The position numbers and the translations under genes were made by a program. From Chiloscyllium plagiosum (lineage: Eukaryota), in contig NC_057720.1 of NCBI RefSeq assembly GCF_004010195.1, positions 78,794,132 to 78,858,131 on the forward strand: a DNA stretch of 64,000 nucleotides, read 5' to 3'. The notes below the pieces were generated by a model. The model was not told where the DNA came from. It worked only from the letters and a program-made list of their open reading frames with translations, and did not search any database. Every line of letters begins with the position of its first letter. Positions within the stretch are counted from its first letter, which is position 1. Shown here in pieces: positions 1 to 12,340 of the stretch.

Positions 1-52
1 CCCTCTCCCCCTCTCCCCCTCTCCCCCTCTCCCCCTCTCCCCCTCCCTCTCT
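1..52. repeat. (CCCCCTCT)n simple repeat
   Basis: Directly visible 8-bp pyrimidine repeat at the window start. Confidence 0.9.
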
Positions 53-620
53 GGCAGAGCCTTACATAAACAGACCCTTTGTTCATTTCCAAAAGTCTAA
101 TTATCCTACAGGCCTTATCTAAAACATTTAACAGTCTAGTAACACTATAAAGCTATGTCTATTCTCTGTTATTTTACTTTTAATCATCTACTACCAATCT
201 GCCGGCTTTCTAAACAGGTCAATCAGCGCTTTCTGTAGAACAATTTCCCCTTATTTATTCTGCCGTATCTATCTATCGGGTCTTATATTCACCACATGGA
301 ATTTTACTCAGACAATTGCTACATTCTATTCTTACTCACCCCTTACCCCACTGCGTAGTTTTCTTGACCAATTCTCCACGTCTCCTTCAGCTGCAATTTA
401 CCCCTCGCCTTTGGATATTGGATCAGAGAGACCCTCCGGCAGGTTCCCACACCTCCAAGTCCCAAGGACTACTCCAAGCCAGCAGAATATAGTCTGAATT
501 CACAGCAAAAATGCTAACTTTTTTTGTTGAGTACCCTAATTCTGTCAGTCTCAGGAGTGCCCCCGGTGGACCGAGAAGCGTCCTGTTACTGGCGCCCTTT
601 GTCCAGGTGGGTCTCTGTAC

Positions 621-639
621 AACCCTGCTCGCAGCACCA
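621..639 (-). promoter_or_regulatory. Retroviral primer-binding site, tRNA-Ser type
   Basis: The minus strand reads TGGTGCTGCGAGCAGGGTT, 4 nt after the LTR end ...CCATAACA. This is close to the complement of vertebrate tRNA-Ser(TGA/CGA) 3' ends (TGGCGCAGCGAGCAGGGTT, recalled). Confidence 0.7.
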
Positions 640-643
640 AATT

Positions 644-1299
644 TGTTATGGAGAAAATGTAGAGAATCACCAGGAGACACACAGAGCTCTTCAAGAAGTA
701 GGTCTTTTATTTGCAAACAAAACCTGTGACATTGAGAAAGCAGATTCTCAAATGCCCCCGAACCTCAGGGTCCGTGGTTTTTAATATCTTTTTTTACCAT
801 GTTTCTGTTAGCTTATCAGCATGTCCAGCTATATTAATCAAAATACCTCATTCTAGCTACACAATAAACAAGTTATGTTAGTTTCCATTATCTCTTTAGT
901 TGTACATTCTACTTAATGTTATTCTAATGTCACGGTTAGATATTTATTATCACCTCTGCTGCAGTGATCTTCCATTCCAGACTAACTTGTCATGATAGAT
1001 ATTTAGCTGTTCCATCTATTACCATAGTCTCTACTAACAATTAATTAGATATTTTAATGTCATGTCCCAAATATTTATGGTTCCAATCCTGTCATAATGG
1101 CACTTAACAGGGAAACTAGCTCTACTAACTGTTATCTCATCTCACTATAGTGACCTTTCAGCCTTAACCTTACTCTGCTAATTGGTGTAAGAGCATTCCA
1201 CTATTGTTATCCCATCTTGCCTTCCACAGATCACAGATTGCCAGTGGTCTTCATGCTTTAACCCTTCCCATGCTTTCATGCTATCTATTTTCCATATTA
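644..1299 (-). mobile_element. 5' LTR of ERV-A (provirus continues leftward out of the window)
   Basis: Ends in CA just before the PBS and has AATAAA on the minus strand (~706-711). Clearly similar to the LTR at 2448-3755 (shared blocks TGTAGAGAAT, CTTTTATTTGCAAACAAAA, CCCCGAACCTCAGGGTCC, CCAGTGGTCT...ATGCTTTAACC). Confidence 0.75.
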
Positions 1300-1846
1300 G
1301 CTGCCTGAGTAAATTCGCCTACAAGATTTTGGCACGTAGTAAGAAGTTTAAGATGTTGTCCTACTGTTGGAGGTGGTGTCAATGGATTTTAATGGCTGTG
1401 CAATAATTGTTTTGTTTAAAACGACTTGCTAATTGTTACATATTAGATGGTTCCCTCTTCCCAGTTATACCTATTAATCCACAAAATGTGCTGTCCCGCT
1501 GCCCTCAAAGGTGAAGGCATTGTGCACACAACAGCTCAGTTGCGTGAACGGGAAGTGATGCATCATTTCTTGATGGTTGTTCTCTTCTGAAATCTTTTAC
1601 TTGTAGCTCCTTCCTCGGCCACTAAAGATCACTTCTGAGGAATTATGCTCCCGTTCGTGTTTATTAGTCATTAAGCTGACTTAGAATGTGCATAAATGTC
1701 TAAGCTAGTTTCTTTAAGAACAAAAGAATTGTGGTCATTTCACTTGACTATTTAAACCGGTGCTTCACAGTTCTAAGTTTGTCAGACAAACCTTTTGGGA
1801 TTTTAGTTTGCTGTATTTGAACATGCTTACATAAATATTTATCAAA

Positions 1847-1950
1847 GAGATAGTGAGGACTGCAAAATGCTGGAGAGTCAGAGTGTGGCACTGGAAAAAG
1901 TACAGCAGGTCAGGCAGCATCCGAGGAGCAGGAGAGTCGATGTTTCAGGT
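1847..1950. mobile_element. Penelope-like pseudo-LTR fragment
   Basis: Same family motif (GTGAGGACTGCA...CAGCAGGTCAGGCAGCATCC...GTCGATGTTTC) as the copy attached to Penelope RT sequence at 48090-48541. Confidence 0.7.
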
Positions 1951-2447
1951 TGCTAGATCAAGATCAAGCTAACATAGAATACTCCAAAGTGCTGTTTTTG
2001 TGGACTGTGCATTTCAAGCTGCTACAGACATGCCTCATGCACTAAAAGTTACCATGTTGTAATTAAAATGTTGTTAGAAATTAAAGATAAAATATTTTGG
2101 TTATGAGTGCAATGATCTTTTTAAAAAATCAAATGCATAGCTTCCTTTGTACTTTTTAAAAAAAGTTATATAAAATATCTCATCAAAATAAGGCAAACTT
2201 GCATTGCTCAAAAAAGAGTCAGTTTTAACTCCATGAGTGAATAATATTTTTCCTGGAATCAGATGCTTCAGTCACCTACACCAGGGTTGAGTTTTGTTGG
2301 GAATGGCAACTTTCTTGGCCTTCGTTCTGAAAGGAAGTAACCCAACTTTGGACAAAACTGGGACCTGGTTTAGAAAATTGCTGGCAGTGGCCAATTATGA
2401 GAATGCTTGGTGGAGCTGCGTTCAAATTAAGGATTTCAGTCTGGCAG

Positions 2448-3755
2448 TGTTGTAGAGAATTACTAGGAGACGCAGAGAGTTCTTCAAGAAAATGATCTTT
2501 TATTTGCAAACAAAAACCATGACAATCAGTATACAAATTCCTGGCTGCCCCCGAACCTCAGGGTCCATTGTTTTTTATACCTTTTTGTTATCATGCATTC
2601 TTCAGGCTTATCAATATGTCTGACTGTGTTAGTGAAGACTACCTTACTACAGGCATGTCACAAGCGAATGATATTAGTTCATGTTATCTCTCTACTTCTG
2701 CCACTATGGTATTTCCTACATCGAACTTTTTTACTCTACTACAGAGAAGCCTTGATTATCTGAACGAGATGGGTGGGGACTAGTTCGTTCAGCTAATTGA
2801 TTATTCGGTTAATCGATTCAATGCCTTTCCTCTGGGGCTCGGAGTTTTCTGTTAAGTCTGCCCCTCATTCAGGAGACGAGGCAGCAGCACACCGCGCTTG
2901 AGCCCTTGCCACCACCCACCCCCTCCCCCCACCTGCCCCTAACTCCGTCAAGCATCGCTCCGCTCCCCCCACCTGCCCCAACCCCATCAAACATCGCTTC
3001 CCGCCTGCCTCCCAAACCCTGCCCTCCACCCGACCCCAAACTCTATTAAACACCACGACCNNNNNNNNNNNNNNNNNNNNNNNNNNNNNNNNNNNNNNNN
3101 NNNNNNNNNNNNNNNNNNNNNNNNNNNNNNNNNNNNNNNNNNNNNNNNNNNNNNNNNNNNNNNNNNNNNNNNNNNNNNNNNNNNNNNNNNNNNNNNNNNN
3201 NNNNNNNNNNNNNNNNNNNNNNNNNNNNNNNNNNNNNNNNNNNNNNNNNNNNNNNNNNNNNNNNNNNNNNNNGGGGGGGGGGTTTCTAGGGCACAAGCAT
3301 GTGTAGAATTCCAGGGAAAATGTGGGAAGAGAGAGAGGGAGGGGGTGGGGAGGTCAGTCATTTAGGGACGATGCCTGCGCTCCCATCAGTCCAGGACTGT
3401 TCTCGGCAGCACTTGTAATCATTGTAAACAAAAGATGCGATCAGTGTTGGTCACATGTCTTTGATGTACTGTTTCTGTCAGGACCTCAAGATCTCCTTCG
3501 GATAATCCGATTTTCGTATAATGGTATTTGGATAATCGAGGTTCCCCTTACTATCACATCTGCTGTCACAATGGTCTTCAACCCCAGGCTGACTCTACTA
3601 ATTGATGTAGCACTTCAATGTGGCATTCCATCAATCCTTCAATGTAGTATTTTGATTAATGTAACATTTCACAGACCTCTTGAAACATTCCACCAGTGGT
3701 CTCTGTATGCTTTAACCTGTCACATATGCCCTTATGCTCTTTGTTTTCCATATTT
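2448..3755 (-). mobile_element. 3' LTR of ERV-B, interrupted by a MITE
   Basis: Follows the PPT. Has TATAAAA (~2573-2579) and AATAAA (~2498-2503) on the minus strand, ends in CA, and is homologous to 644-1299. Confidence 0.75.
2742..3548. mobile_element. pogo/Tigger-like non-autonomous DNA transposon (MITE), spanning an assembly gap
   Basis: Imperfect terminal inverted repeats CAGAGAAGCCTTGATTATCTGAA / TTTGGATAATCGAGGTTCCCCT, flanked by TA. Confidence 0.65.
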
Positions 3756-3965
3756 CCCCCTTTGAGACCTACTGGTCTCACTTTAGAGAAAGAAGACAAT
3801 AAGTGCAGACCTCCTGATGCCCAATAAAAACATTGTAGGTCCCAAAACAGACACAAAGAATTTCGGGGTCTGATTCTTAAAGGGTTCTTCCTCCATTCCT
3901 GGGATCCCTTGGGCCAAAAACCTGTCCTCCAGTAACCAGAACAGGGAAAAAAGACCCAAGGTCCC

Positions 3966-4345
3966 TCACAATCTAGAGCACGCGCGTTCTTCAGAAGTAA
4001 CATCGATGTTCTCATGTGGACATGTTCCTTGCACCGAGGCGGTTGTCAGATTGTAACAATAGAGCGGTGAGGCTCCATCAGAAGAGTAAGTACGTCTGGG
4101 GGTTGTTGAAGCGACTACAAGTGGCCGTGTAGTGATGCAAACTAGAAAAGACTTAAAAAAAGGTAAGGCACAACAAAAGACAAAGGCAATGACAAGTAAC
4201 ACAGCACCGATAATAAGACCAACCTTGATGAATCATGCTCCGCAAGACCCCAACATATTATTCAACCAATCAAAAGCCTGATGTCCAAATCCTGCATTGT
4301 CCTTTAATTCCTGCCTCAGATCCTTTAGTTTTTCCATTGCTTTAG
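3966..4345 (-). pseudogene. env: ERV-B env, C-terminal TM part (heptad, membrane anchor, tail)
   Basis: KAMEKLKDLRQELKDNAG...FDWLNNMLG...IKVGLIIGAVLLVIAFVFCCALP. It continues the env frame across the CR1 insertion and contains one in-frame stop. Confidence 0.8.
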
Positions 4346-7193
4346 AACATAGAACATAGAAAAGTACAGCACAGAACAGACCCTTTGGCCTATGATGTTG
4401 TGCTGAGGGTTAATCCTAACATAAAATAAAACAACTTTACCTATGCACCCCTCAACTCACTGCTGTCCATGTGCATGTCCAGCAGGTGCCTAAATGTCCA
4501 TTATGTCTCTGCTTCCACACCACCACCACTGGCAACGTATTCCATGCATTCACAACTCTCTGTGTAAAGAACCTACCTCTGACATCTCCTTTATATCTTT
4601 CTCCCAATGTCTTAAAACTATGACCCCTCGTACCAGTCAATCCTGCCCTGGGGAAAAGCCTCTGGCTATTGACTCTATCTATTCCTCTCATTATCTTGTA
4701 TACCTCGATCAGATCAGTCATCTCTCTTCCTCCTTCTCTCCAGAGAGAAAAGTCCGAGCTTATTCAGCCTCTCCACATAAGGCAAGCCCTCCAATCCAGG
4801 CAGCATCCTGGTAAACCTTCCTTGCAACCTCTTTAAAACCTCTGTATCTTTCCTATAGTAGGGTGACCAGGACAGGACACAACATTCCAAGTGTAGTCTC
4901 ACCAGGAACTTGTAGAGCTGTAGAAGAACCTTGCGGCTCTTAAACTCGATCCCCCTGTTAATGAAAGCCAAAACANNNNNNNNNNNNNNNNNNNNNNNNN
5001 NNNNNNNNNNNNNNNNNNNNNNNNNNNNNNNNNNNNNNNNNNNNNNNAGAGGCCCAAGAACAGAGCCCTGCGGGACCCCACTCAACACTGTCCTCCAGGC
5101 AGAATACTTTCCATCTACAACAACTCTCTGCCTTCTGACAGCCAACCAATTCTGAATCTAGATAGCCAAATCTCCCTGTATCCCATTCCTCCTGACTTTA
5201 TGAATGGGTCTACCATGGGGAACCTTATCAAATGCCTTGCTGAAGTCCATATACACCACATCCACTGCTCAACCTTAGTCAACCTGTCTTGTCACCTCCT
5301 CAAAGAACTCAGTAAGATTTGTGAGGTATGACCTGCCCCTCACAAAGCCATGCTGACTGCCTATAATCATGTTATGCTTTGCCAAATACTCATAAATCCT
5401 ATCCCTCAGAATTCTTTCCAAAACTTTGCCGACCACAAATGTAAAACTGACTGGTCTGTAATTGCCAGGGATTTCCCTATTCTCCTTATTGAAAAGTGGA
5501 ACAACATTCGCCTCCTTCCAATCCTCCGGTACAACTCCCGTGGAGAGTGAGGAGGCAAAGATTTTCGCCAGGGGCTTGCTTAGCAACCTCCTTTCTTGCT
5601 TCCTGGAGCAGCCTAGGATAAATCTGGTCTGGCCCTGGGGACTTAGCAATCTTAATGTTTGCCAAACTTTCCAGCACATCATCTTCCTCAATCTTGATCT
5701 GGTCAAGCCTGTATCCCAGCTCCTCAAAATTCTCATTCACAACAAGGTCCCTTTCCTTGGTAGAAACCGAAGCAAAAAATTCATTTAGGGCTTCCCCTAT
5801 TTGCTCAGACTCCACACACAAGTTCCCTACACTATCCCTGATCGGCCCTAACTTCTCCCTGATCATTCTCTTATTCCTCACATATGAGTAAAATGCCTTT
5901 GGGTTCGCCGTAATCCTTCCTGCCAAGCCTTTATTGTGCTCCCTCCTGGCTCTCTCCTCAGTCCATTTCTGAGCTCTTTTCTAGTAAGCCTGTAATCCTC
6001 CAAAGCTGTGCTAAATCCTTGCTTCTTCCACCTTACACAAGCTGCCTTCTTCCTTTTGATGAGAAGCTCTTTTGTTCACATCATCCAAGATTCCTTAATC
6101 ATACCCCTTCTTACCTGTCTCAACAACTGCTCCTTAAATAGTCTCCACATGTCTGTTGTGCCCTTTCTGTGGAACAATTGCTCCCAGTCTGTACTTCCCA
6201 ACTCCTGTCTGATAGCGTCATAATTTCCCTTTCCCTCATTAAATATCTTCCCTCAGTAACTGCTCCTTACCCTCTCCAAGGCTATGGTAAATGTGAGGCA
6301 GTTGTGATCCCTATCACCAAAGTGTTTTCCCACCGCGAGATCTGACACCTGTCCTGGCTCATTGCCGAGCACCAAATCCAAAATGGCCTCTCCTCTTGTC
6401 AGTCTATCTACATACTGAGGAGAAAGTGAGATCTGCAGATTCTGGAGATCAGAGCTGAAAATGTGTTGCTGGAAAAGCGCAGCAGGTCAGGCAGCATCCA
6501 GGGAACAGGAGAATTGACGTTTCGGGCATAAGCCCTTCTTCAAGAATTCCTGCAACACACTATCTACATACTGAGTAAGGAAACCCTCCTGAACACATCT
6601 GACAAAAATGGCTCCATCCAAACCATCTGCACTTAGAAGGTTCCAGTTGCTATTGGGAAAGTTGAAATCACCCATAGCAACAACCCTGGTACATCTGCAT
6701 TTTGGCCTATGAGCCCCCCCCAATGAGGTGGCTGTTCCCTTGCTGTTCCTAACTTTCACTCAAACTGACTCAGTAGACAAACCTTCCTCAACGACCTTCA
6801 TTTCTGTAGCTGTGATGCACTCTCTGATTAACAATGCTACAGCCCCTCCTCTTTTTCCACCCTCCCTGTTTTTCTCAAACGTTCTAAACCCTGGAACATC
6901 AAGCAACCGTTCCTGCCCCTTGTGAAACTCAGGTCTCCGTTATGGCCACAACATCATAGCCCCAAGTACTGATCCATGCTCTAAGTTCGTCACTCTTATT
7001 TCTGACACTCCTTGTGTTAAAGCAGACACATTTTAACTGATCCCTTTGTTTCAATGCATGAGAAACCTTCCCGATAGATTCAATACATCCTGTCAACTGC
7101 CCCCCTCTCAGATATATGGCTTTGATTCCCACCCCCCTGCCAAACTAGTTTAAACCCTCTAGAATCAAACGAGCAAATCTCCCATTCAGGACA
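4346..7193 (-). mobile_element. CR1 LINE (endonuclease and RT remnants) inserted in env
   Basis: [47 protein letters not shown]1 C-terminus and (TTCTATG)n 3' tail. TTAG at both junctions. Confidence 0.92.
6420..6559. mobile_element. Penelope pseudo-LTR fragment inserted in CR1
   Basis: Family sequence flanked by a 16-bp direct repeat CTATCTACATACTGAG (6404-6419, 6560-6575). Confidence 0.8.
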
Positions 7194-8800
7194 TTAGTAA
7201 AAAATCCTCCATGGCTAGTGTTGTTGTGTATGAAGGTGCAGCAAAGATCCCCCCTAAACATCATGCAAACTCCGCCTTTCTCTGCCAGTATCCAGTCTAA
7301 GGCCTGTCTGTTTTGCCATGTCATTTTGGTGGTAGCGTCCGATTGTTCTCCTAAAGCCTCAAGGGCACCATCAGTATAGTTGATAAATCTCTGCTGGTTG
7401 TAGCAGATGTAATTGATCCATACAACATTTGTTGCTAACCCCTGTCAGTGGTAAGAGAGCTTTCCAGTCCGCGGCAATTTTGTTGCGGGCCTTAAACTCA
7501 TTAGGGATATCTCTCGGCTGTCTCATACCGTCCCTTAGTGCGGCGCATAGCTGACTGTGACGGAGCACCAAGCTGCGCGTGTGACTATATAACGACCTCG
7601 TGCAGGAGCATTACAACACGGGCACAGCTGTCACTCCAGTCAGTGGGCAGACTTGGGCGCCACCAAGTGTCCGCCAGTGGGATGCGATGAGAGTTCAGGA
7701 TAGTTCCAAACGTGGTGTCCACCTCAAGTTCAGTCATGTTCCCACAGAGACCCTTAACATAGCCCACTGGCTTGGAACCATTTTGTTTAAACCACTCAAA
7801 ACTCAATTCCTCCCATATTCTAAAGGCAGCCACGGGGAACATATAATTAGTCTTGCTGGTGGACCATGGGGTACTAAAGCTGCAAGACCACTGGAGTTGC
7901 TGCCTTCCCACGCCATCCTGCTGATAAAACATGGAGCCTGGAGAAGTAGGCACCAGGAGGAGCAGTGGGATTGCGTATAAGTTAATGAATCATTCGGATC
8001 AAGGGTTCGGCTACAGTGTCGCAAATGCCATTGAGTACAAGTAGTTGAGTTATAGGGCATAGGTGAAAATATATTGCTGGAAAAGCGCAGCAGGTCAGGC
8101 AGCATCCAGGGAACAGGAGAATCGACGTTTCGGGCATAAGCCCTTCTTCGGGCATAAGCCCGATTCCTGAAGAAGGACTTATGCCCGAAATGTCGATTCT
8201 CCTGTTCCCTGGATGCTGCCTGACCTGCTGCGCTTTTCCAGCAACACATTTTCACCTATGCCCTATAACTCAACTACTTGTACTCAATGGCATTTGCGAC
8301 ACTCTAGCCGAACCCTTGATCCGAATGATTCATTAACTTATACGCAATCCCACTGCTCCTCCTGGTGCCTACTTCTCCAGGCTCCATGTTCTATCAGCAG
8401 GATGGCGTGGGAAGGCAGCAACTCCAGTGGTCTTGCAGCTTTAGTACCCCATGGTCCACCAGCAAGACTAATTATATGTTCCCCGTGGCTGCCTTTAGAA
8501 TTCTCCTGTTCCCTGGATGCTGCCTGACCTGCTGCGCTTTTCCAGCAACACATTTTCAGCTCTGATCTCCAGCATCTGCAGTCCTCACTTTCTCCTTATA
8601 GGGCATAGAGACAATGTAGTATGAGTGGGTCGTCTTTGTGAACAAGAAGCAGTCTTGTCTAGCCATCATTACGGCTGTATAATTTGCCCATTGGTACCAG
8701 TGATTGTTATGGGTGCATATCCACGTCAAAGCTGCACTCCTGACACTTCTACGTCTCCCAGCCTGAGTAGCCCTGGAATCCCCAGGCCTGGTCTGCCAGG
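7194..8800 (-). pseudogene. env: ERV-B env SU and N-terminal TM (frameshifted, interrupted)
   Basis: NNHWYQWANYTA...DC; PRDIPNEFKARNKIAA; WINYICYNQQRFINYT; immunosuppressive-domain-like QNRQALDWILAEKGGVC followed by CCTFIHNNT. Confidence 0.85.
8063..8595. mobile_element. Complex Penelope insertion: inverted pseudo-LTR pair plus captured inverted copy of the flank
   Basis: 13-bp TSD TTATAGGGCATAG (8050-8062, 8596-8608). 8254-8501 is the reverse complement of 7817-8063. Confidence 0.85.
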
Positions 8801-9059
8801 TTAATGGTTTCAAAGTAAGAGTATACAGGCTGGGCATCGGGGGGCATCAGGGGCTTCCCTCACTCCTCCCCTAGCCCTGTTGCCAGGAAAAGGGCTATCC
8901 TCCACATCTCCATCACTATCACTTCCAGAATGATCAGTGTCCCCAAGAGCTGCACCTATACCTTTTTCGGAACCCTGTTGTGGGGTACTAGCTTCCTGCA
9001 TGTCCTGCCCATATCCAAGTTCCTCGGCCTCAGCTCCACTTACCTCAGCTTCAGAGTCA

Positions 9060-9637
9060 GTTTGTGCCAGTGGGAAAGCTTTAGTACAATGATTAAGGTG
9101 GTACCATACGTGTCGTCCTTCCACTTGGATGGCGGTAGGTGATGGCTTGGTCATTATGAAAGATCCCTCCCTCCTCGGCTCATCTCAGCGTCTTTGGAAG
9201 ACCCGCACAATCCCCAGTTGTAATAGGTCCTTCCTCGTTGTCAGGTTCTGGTTCCCTTTGTGTTTCCTGCATGTGGATAGTGTCATGTACCATGGTTGGC
9301 TGCCACATCTATTGCTTAAGCTCTAAGCTTAATTGCTCCAAACTGGGCCCTTCGTATGGGCCCCTCCACTTGGGCACTGGCATGGGTCTGCCTATGAGGA
9401 TCTCATGTGGTGTTAAATTGGTCATGTGGTTAGTCTGCATGTAACAACTCATTAGTGCTAGCAGCAGCACATCAACCCAATCAGGGTTGGTGCTCACACA
9501 GATTTTACTTAATTTGACCTTCAATGTCCCATTGATCCTTTCCACCATACCTTGCGATTGGGGATGATACATACACCCAAACCCCTGATTCTCAACGTCT
9601 GCAACACCAACTTAACAACTTTTTGAATGAAAGCCGA
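9060..9637 (-). pseudogene. pol: ERV-B integrase C-terminal half
   Basis: YHPQSQGMVERINGTLKVKLSKIC, LTPHEILIGRPMP, SPTAIQVEGRHVWYHLNHC. Confidence 0.88.
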
Positions 9638-9639
9638 TC

Positions 9640-10760
9640 AGTTTCCTTTGCACCTCCTCCTGTTTTCAGACAATTTCTCTTTTCGGAACTTTTGACTGCA
9701 TGAGCTACGTGGTCTCTAAATTCCTAGTGGCTCATTGATGATGTCAGTCCTACCACCTCCTCCAGTCTTGATGACCTGACTTGGGAGGACATTGCCGCAA
9801 TGATAGTATTTCGGAACATTGTGGTCAGCAACTGATTGCCTTGCCCTGTTTCCAGCATCCACCTTTTTAACTGTCTTTCAAAATAGGCGGTCAGGTTCTT
9901 GTTGTCTCCCAATGGGTCCCCTCTCAGAATTTGTGGTCCATCTCGTTTGGATAACAGTCGTTTAAGGGCCTGCCTGTCTCACTTGATCAAACCCGGCCCC
10001 ATCATTCATCGGATTGTCCATCACATTTTTCAAACCAGCTTGGTCCATTATTTCCCCTAACTTTGGGAGCCCTATCAGCCTCACCAGCAGTGCCTTCAAG
10101 TCTCTCATAGCCAACAATCATCCTGTGGTTCCATCTTCAAACTTCCTGATCCACTTTCCCGCTTCCTCATGTAAGCTGGGCAGCGCATTTCTCAGCCCTT
10201 TCAGAGCCTGACTTCCCCAAGGAACATATTATGGGTGCCTCCCCCCCCCCTTTTATGAGTAATGGTAACATCTTGTCCTGTTGGGATCTTTTTCCCTACT
10301 GAGGCCACCACTCAATAATTCCCCATCGGACTCTGATTCTGTTTCTATTTCCATCCCATGCCCGCTAACCCCCCCGGGGCTTCTCTTTTTCCTCATTTAT
10401 CTACCTTTCCTACTCCCACTTTTTCCCTGCTCAATCCTCTTCCTGTACTCCCGGTATTCCTCTTAGTGAATTCAGCACATCACGTGCATGCTTCAGCTCC
10501 TCCTGCTCACATTGTATAGCTTCTATTTCCTCTAGCCTTCCCTTTCTTTCTTTGTCTCTTTTTTCCCTCTGTTTAATCTCGTCTTCTTCAGTCCTTTCCC
10601 ATTTTAACTGTACCTCTGTCTCTACTGTTCCCTTTGTCACAGGACACTGCTTCGTAGCCTCTTCATTTCTGTAGGGTAGGGGTCTACCCAGTCCCTCCAC
10701 ATCTGGGTAGACCCCCACGGGGGCTGTTTCCTGCCTCTCTATTTGCAGTGACTGTTTGGT
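9640..10760 (-). pseudogene. gag: ERV-B gag remnant
   Basis: Late-domain-like TAPVGVYPDV...RPLPY, charged coiled-coil, acidic SESD stretch, and capsid-like AGKWIRKFE and LEEVVGL segments. Frameshifted. Confidence 0.7.
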
Positions 10761-11219
10761 TTATCCTCTTGTAACAATTTTACATTTGGAGTAGGACCTT
10801 ATTTCATAAAATTAGCCGATTGGGGCCTGAAGTGCTGAATTTTGAGACTCAAGTTATTTTTTAAATGTCTGATAACCAATTATAGACCCAAAAACCATTT
10901 TAATTTTGTGGTTTATGATCAATTTTGCAGAAACATGCACTTCAAAAGATCGAACATTCGCAGCAACGGTAGTGTCGATCATGTAGAAAAGACAGCAATG
11001 ATACAGAAGTAAGTTTGGTCTGACGTCTGGTTAAATTGCATTTTTAACTTGGAATTTAACAATGTGAGCAGAATTGCTGGAGAGCCAGAACATTCTGTAA
11101 AATTCTTTTTAAAAATGCAAAGCATTCAATGGCAACACTGTATGCGAGATATACCAAGGTTAGGACACCAGGATCAGGTTTTAATTGTAGTCATATTTCT
11201 TCAAACGTCACAGATATTT

Positions 11220-12340
11220 GGAGGACATAGAATCCGGGAGAGCTGGCAAATTGGATACACATTTGGCTTAATGGTAAGAGGATGAGGGTAATAGTGGAAG
11301 GATACTTGTAAGACTGGAGGCCTGTAACAAGTGGAGTGCCTCAGGGGTCGGTGCTGGGCCCATTACTGTTTGTTATCTACATCAATGATTAGGATGAGAT
11401 GTACAAGGCATGATTAGTACATTTGCAGATGACACTAAAATAGGAGGTATCGTGGACAGTGAGGAAGGTTCTCAGAAATTGCAGCAGGATCTTGATCAGC
11501 TGGGAAAGTGGGCAAAGAAATGAAGTTTAATATAGATAAATGTGAGGTGCTGCATTTGGAAAGTCAAACCAAGGTAGGAGTTTCATGGTGAATGGTAAGA
11601 ACCTTAAAGGAATGTAGTGGAACAGAGGGACCTTGGAGTTCAGGTTCACAATTCTCTGAAAGTGGAGTCACAGGTAGACAGAGGATTGAAGAAGGCTTTT
11701 GGCACAGTAGCCTTCATCAGTCAGGGTATTGAGTATTGAGAAGTTGGGAAGTTATGTTGCAGTTGTACGGGACATTGGTGATGCCGCATTTTAGTATTGT
11801 GTTCACTTTTGGTCACCTTGCTATAGGAAGAATGTTATTAAACTAGAAAGAGTGCAGAAGAAATTTACAAGGATGTTGCCTGGACTTCAATAGTCTGAGT
11901 TATAGGGAGATGTTCGACAAGCTAGGACTTTTTACTTTAGAGCTTGGAAGACTGAGAGGGAATCTTATAGAAGTGTATATAAGATCATGAGAGGTATGGA
12001 TAGGGTTGAATACACTCAAGTCTTTTTACCAGGGTTGGGGAATTGAGGACTAGAGGACATCAGTTTAAAGTTAGAGGGGAAAGAATAAAAGGGAACCTGA
12101 ATGGCAACTTTTTTTACACAGATGGTACGGTACACGTATGAAATGAGCTTCCTCCGGAAGTGGTTGAGGCGGGTACATTAACAACATTTAAAAGGCATTT
12201 TAACAAATACATGGATAGGAAAAAAATTAGAAGGATATGGGCCAAGTGCGGGGAAATGGGGTTAGCATGGATGGACATTTTAGTCGGCATGGACCAGTTT
12301 GGGCCAAAGGGTCTATCTTCATGCTGTCGGACTCTATGAC
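11220..12340 (+). mobile_element. CR1 LINE 3' part
   Basis: [18 protein letters not shown]1 C-terminal domain and 3' UTR ending in CTCTATGA. Confidence 0.9.

Larger units (their letters stand above)
2448..10790 (-). mobile_element. ERV-B: defective fish-type (epsilon/gamma-like) endogenous retrovirus, gag-(pol deleted)-IN-env-3'LTR, 5' end missing
   Basis: Collinear gag, integrase, env, polypurine tract (AAAGGGGGAAA ~3753-3763 on the minus strand) and LTR. Confidence 0.85.

Noticed and set aside
2448-10790. APOBEC-type G-to-A hypermutation of the ERV next to APOBEC4
   Set aside because: Only an isolated Trp-to-stop-like change was seen and many TGG codons survive. This cannot be distinguished from ordinary decay without a consensus.
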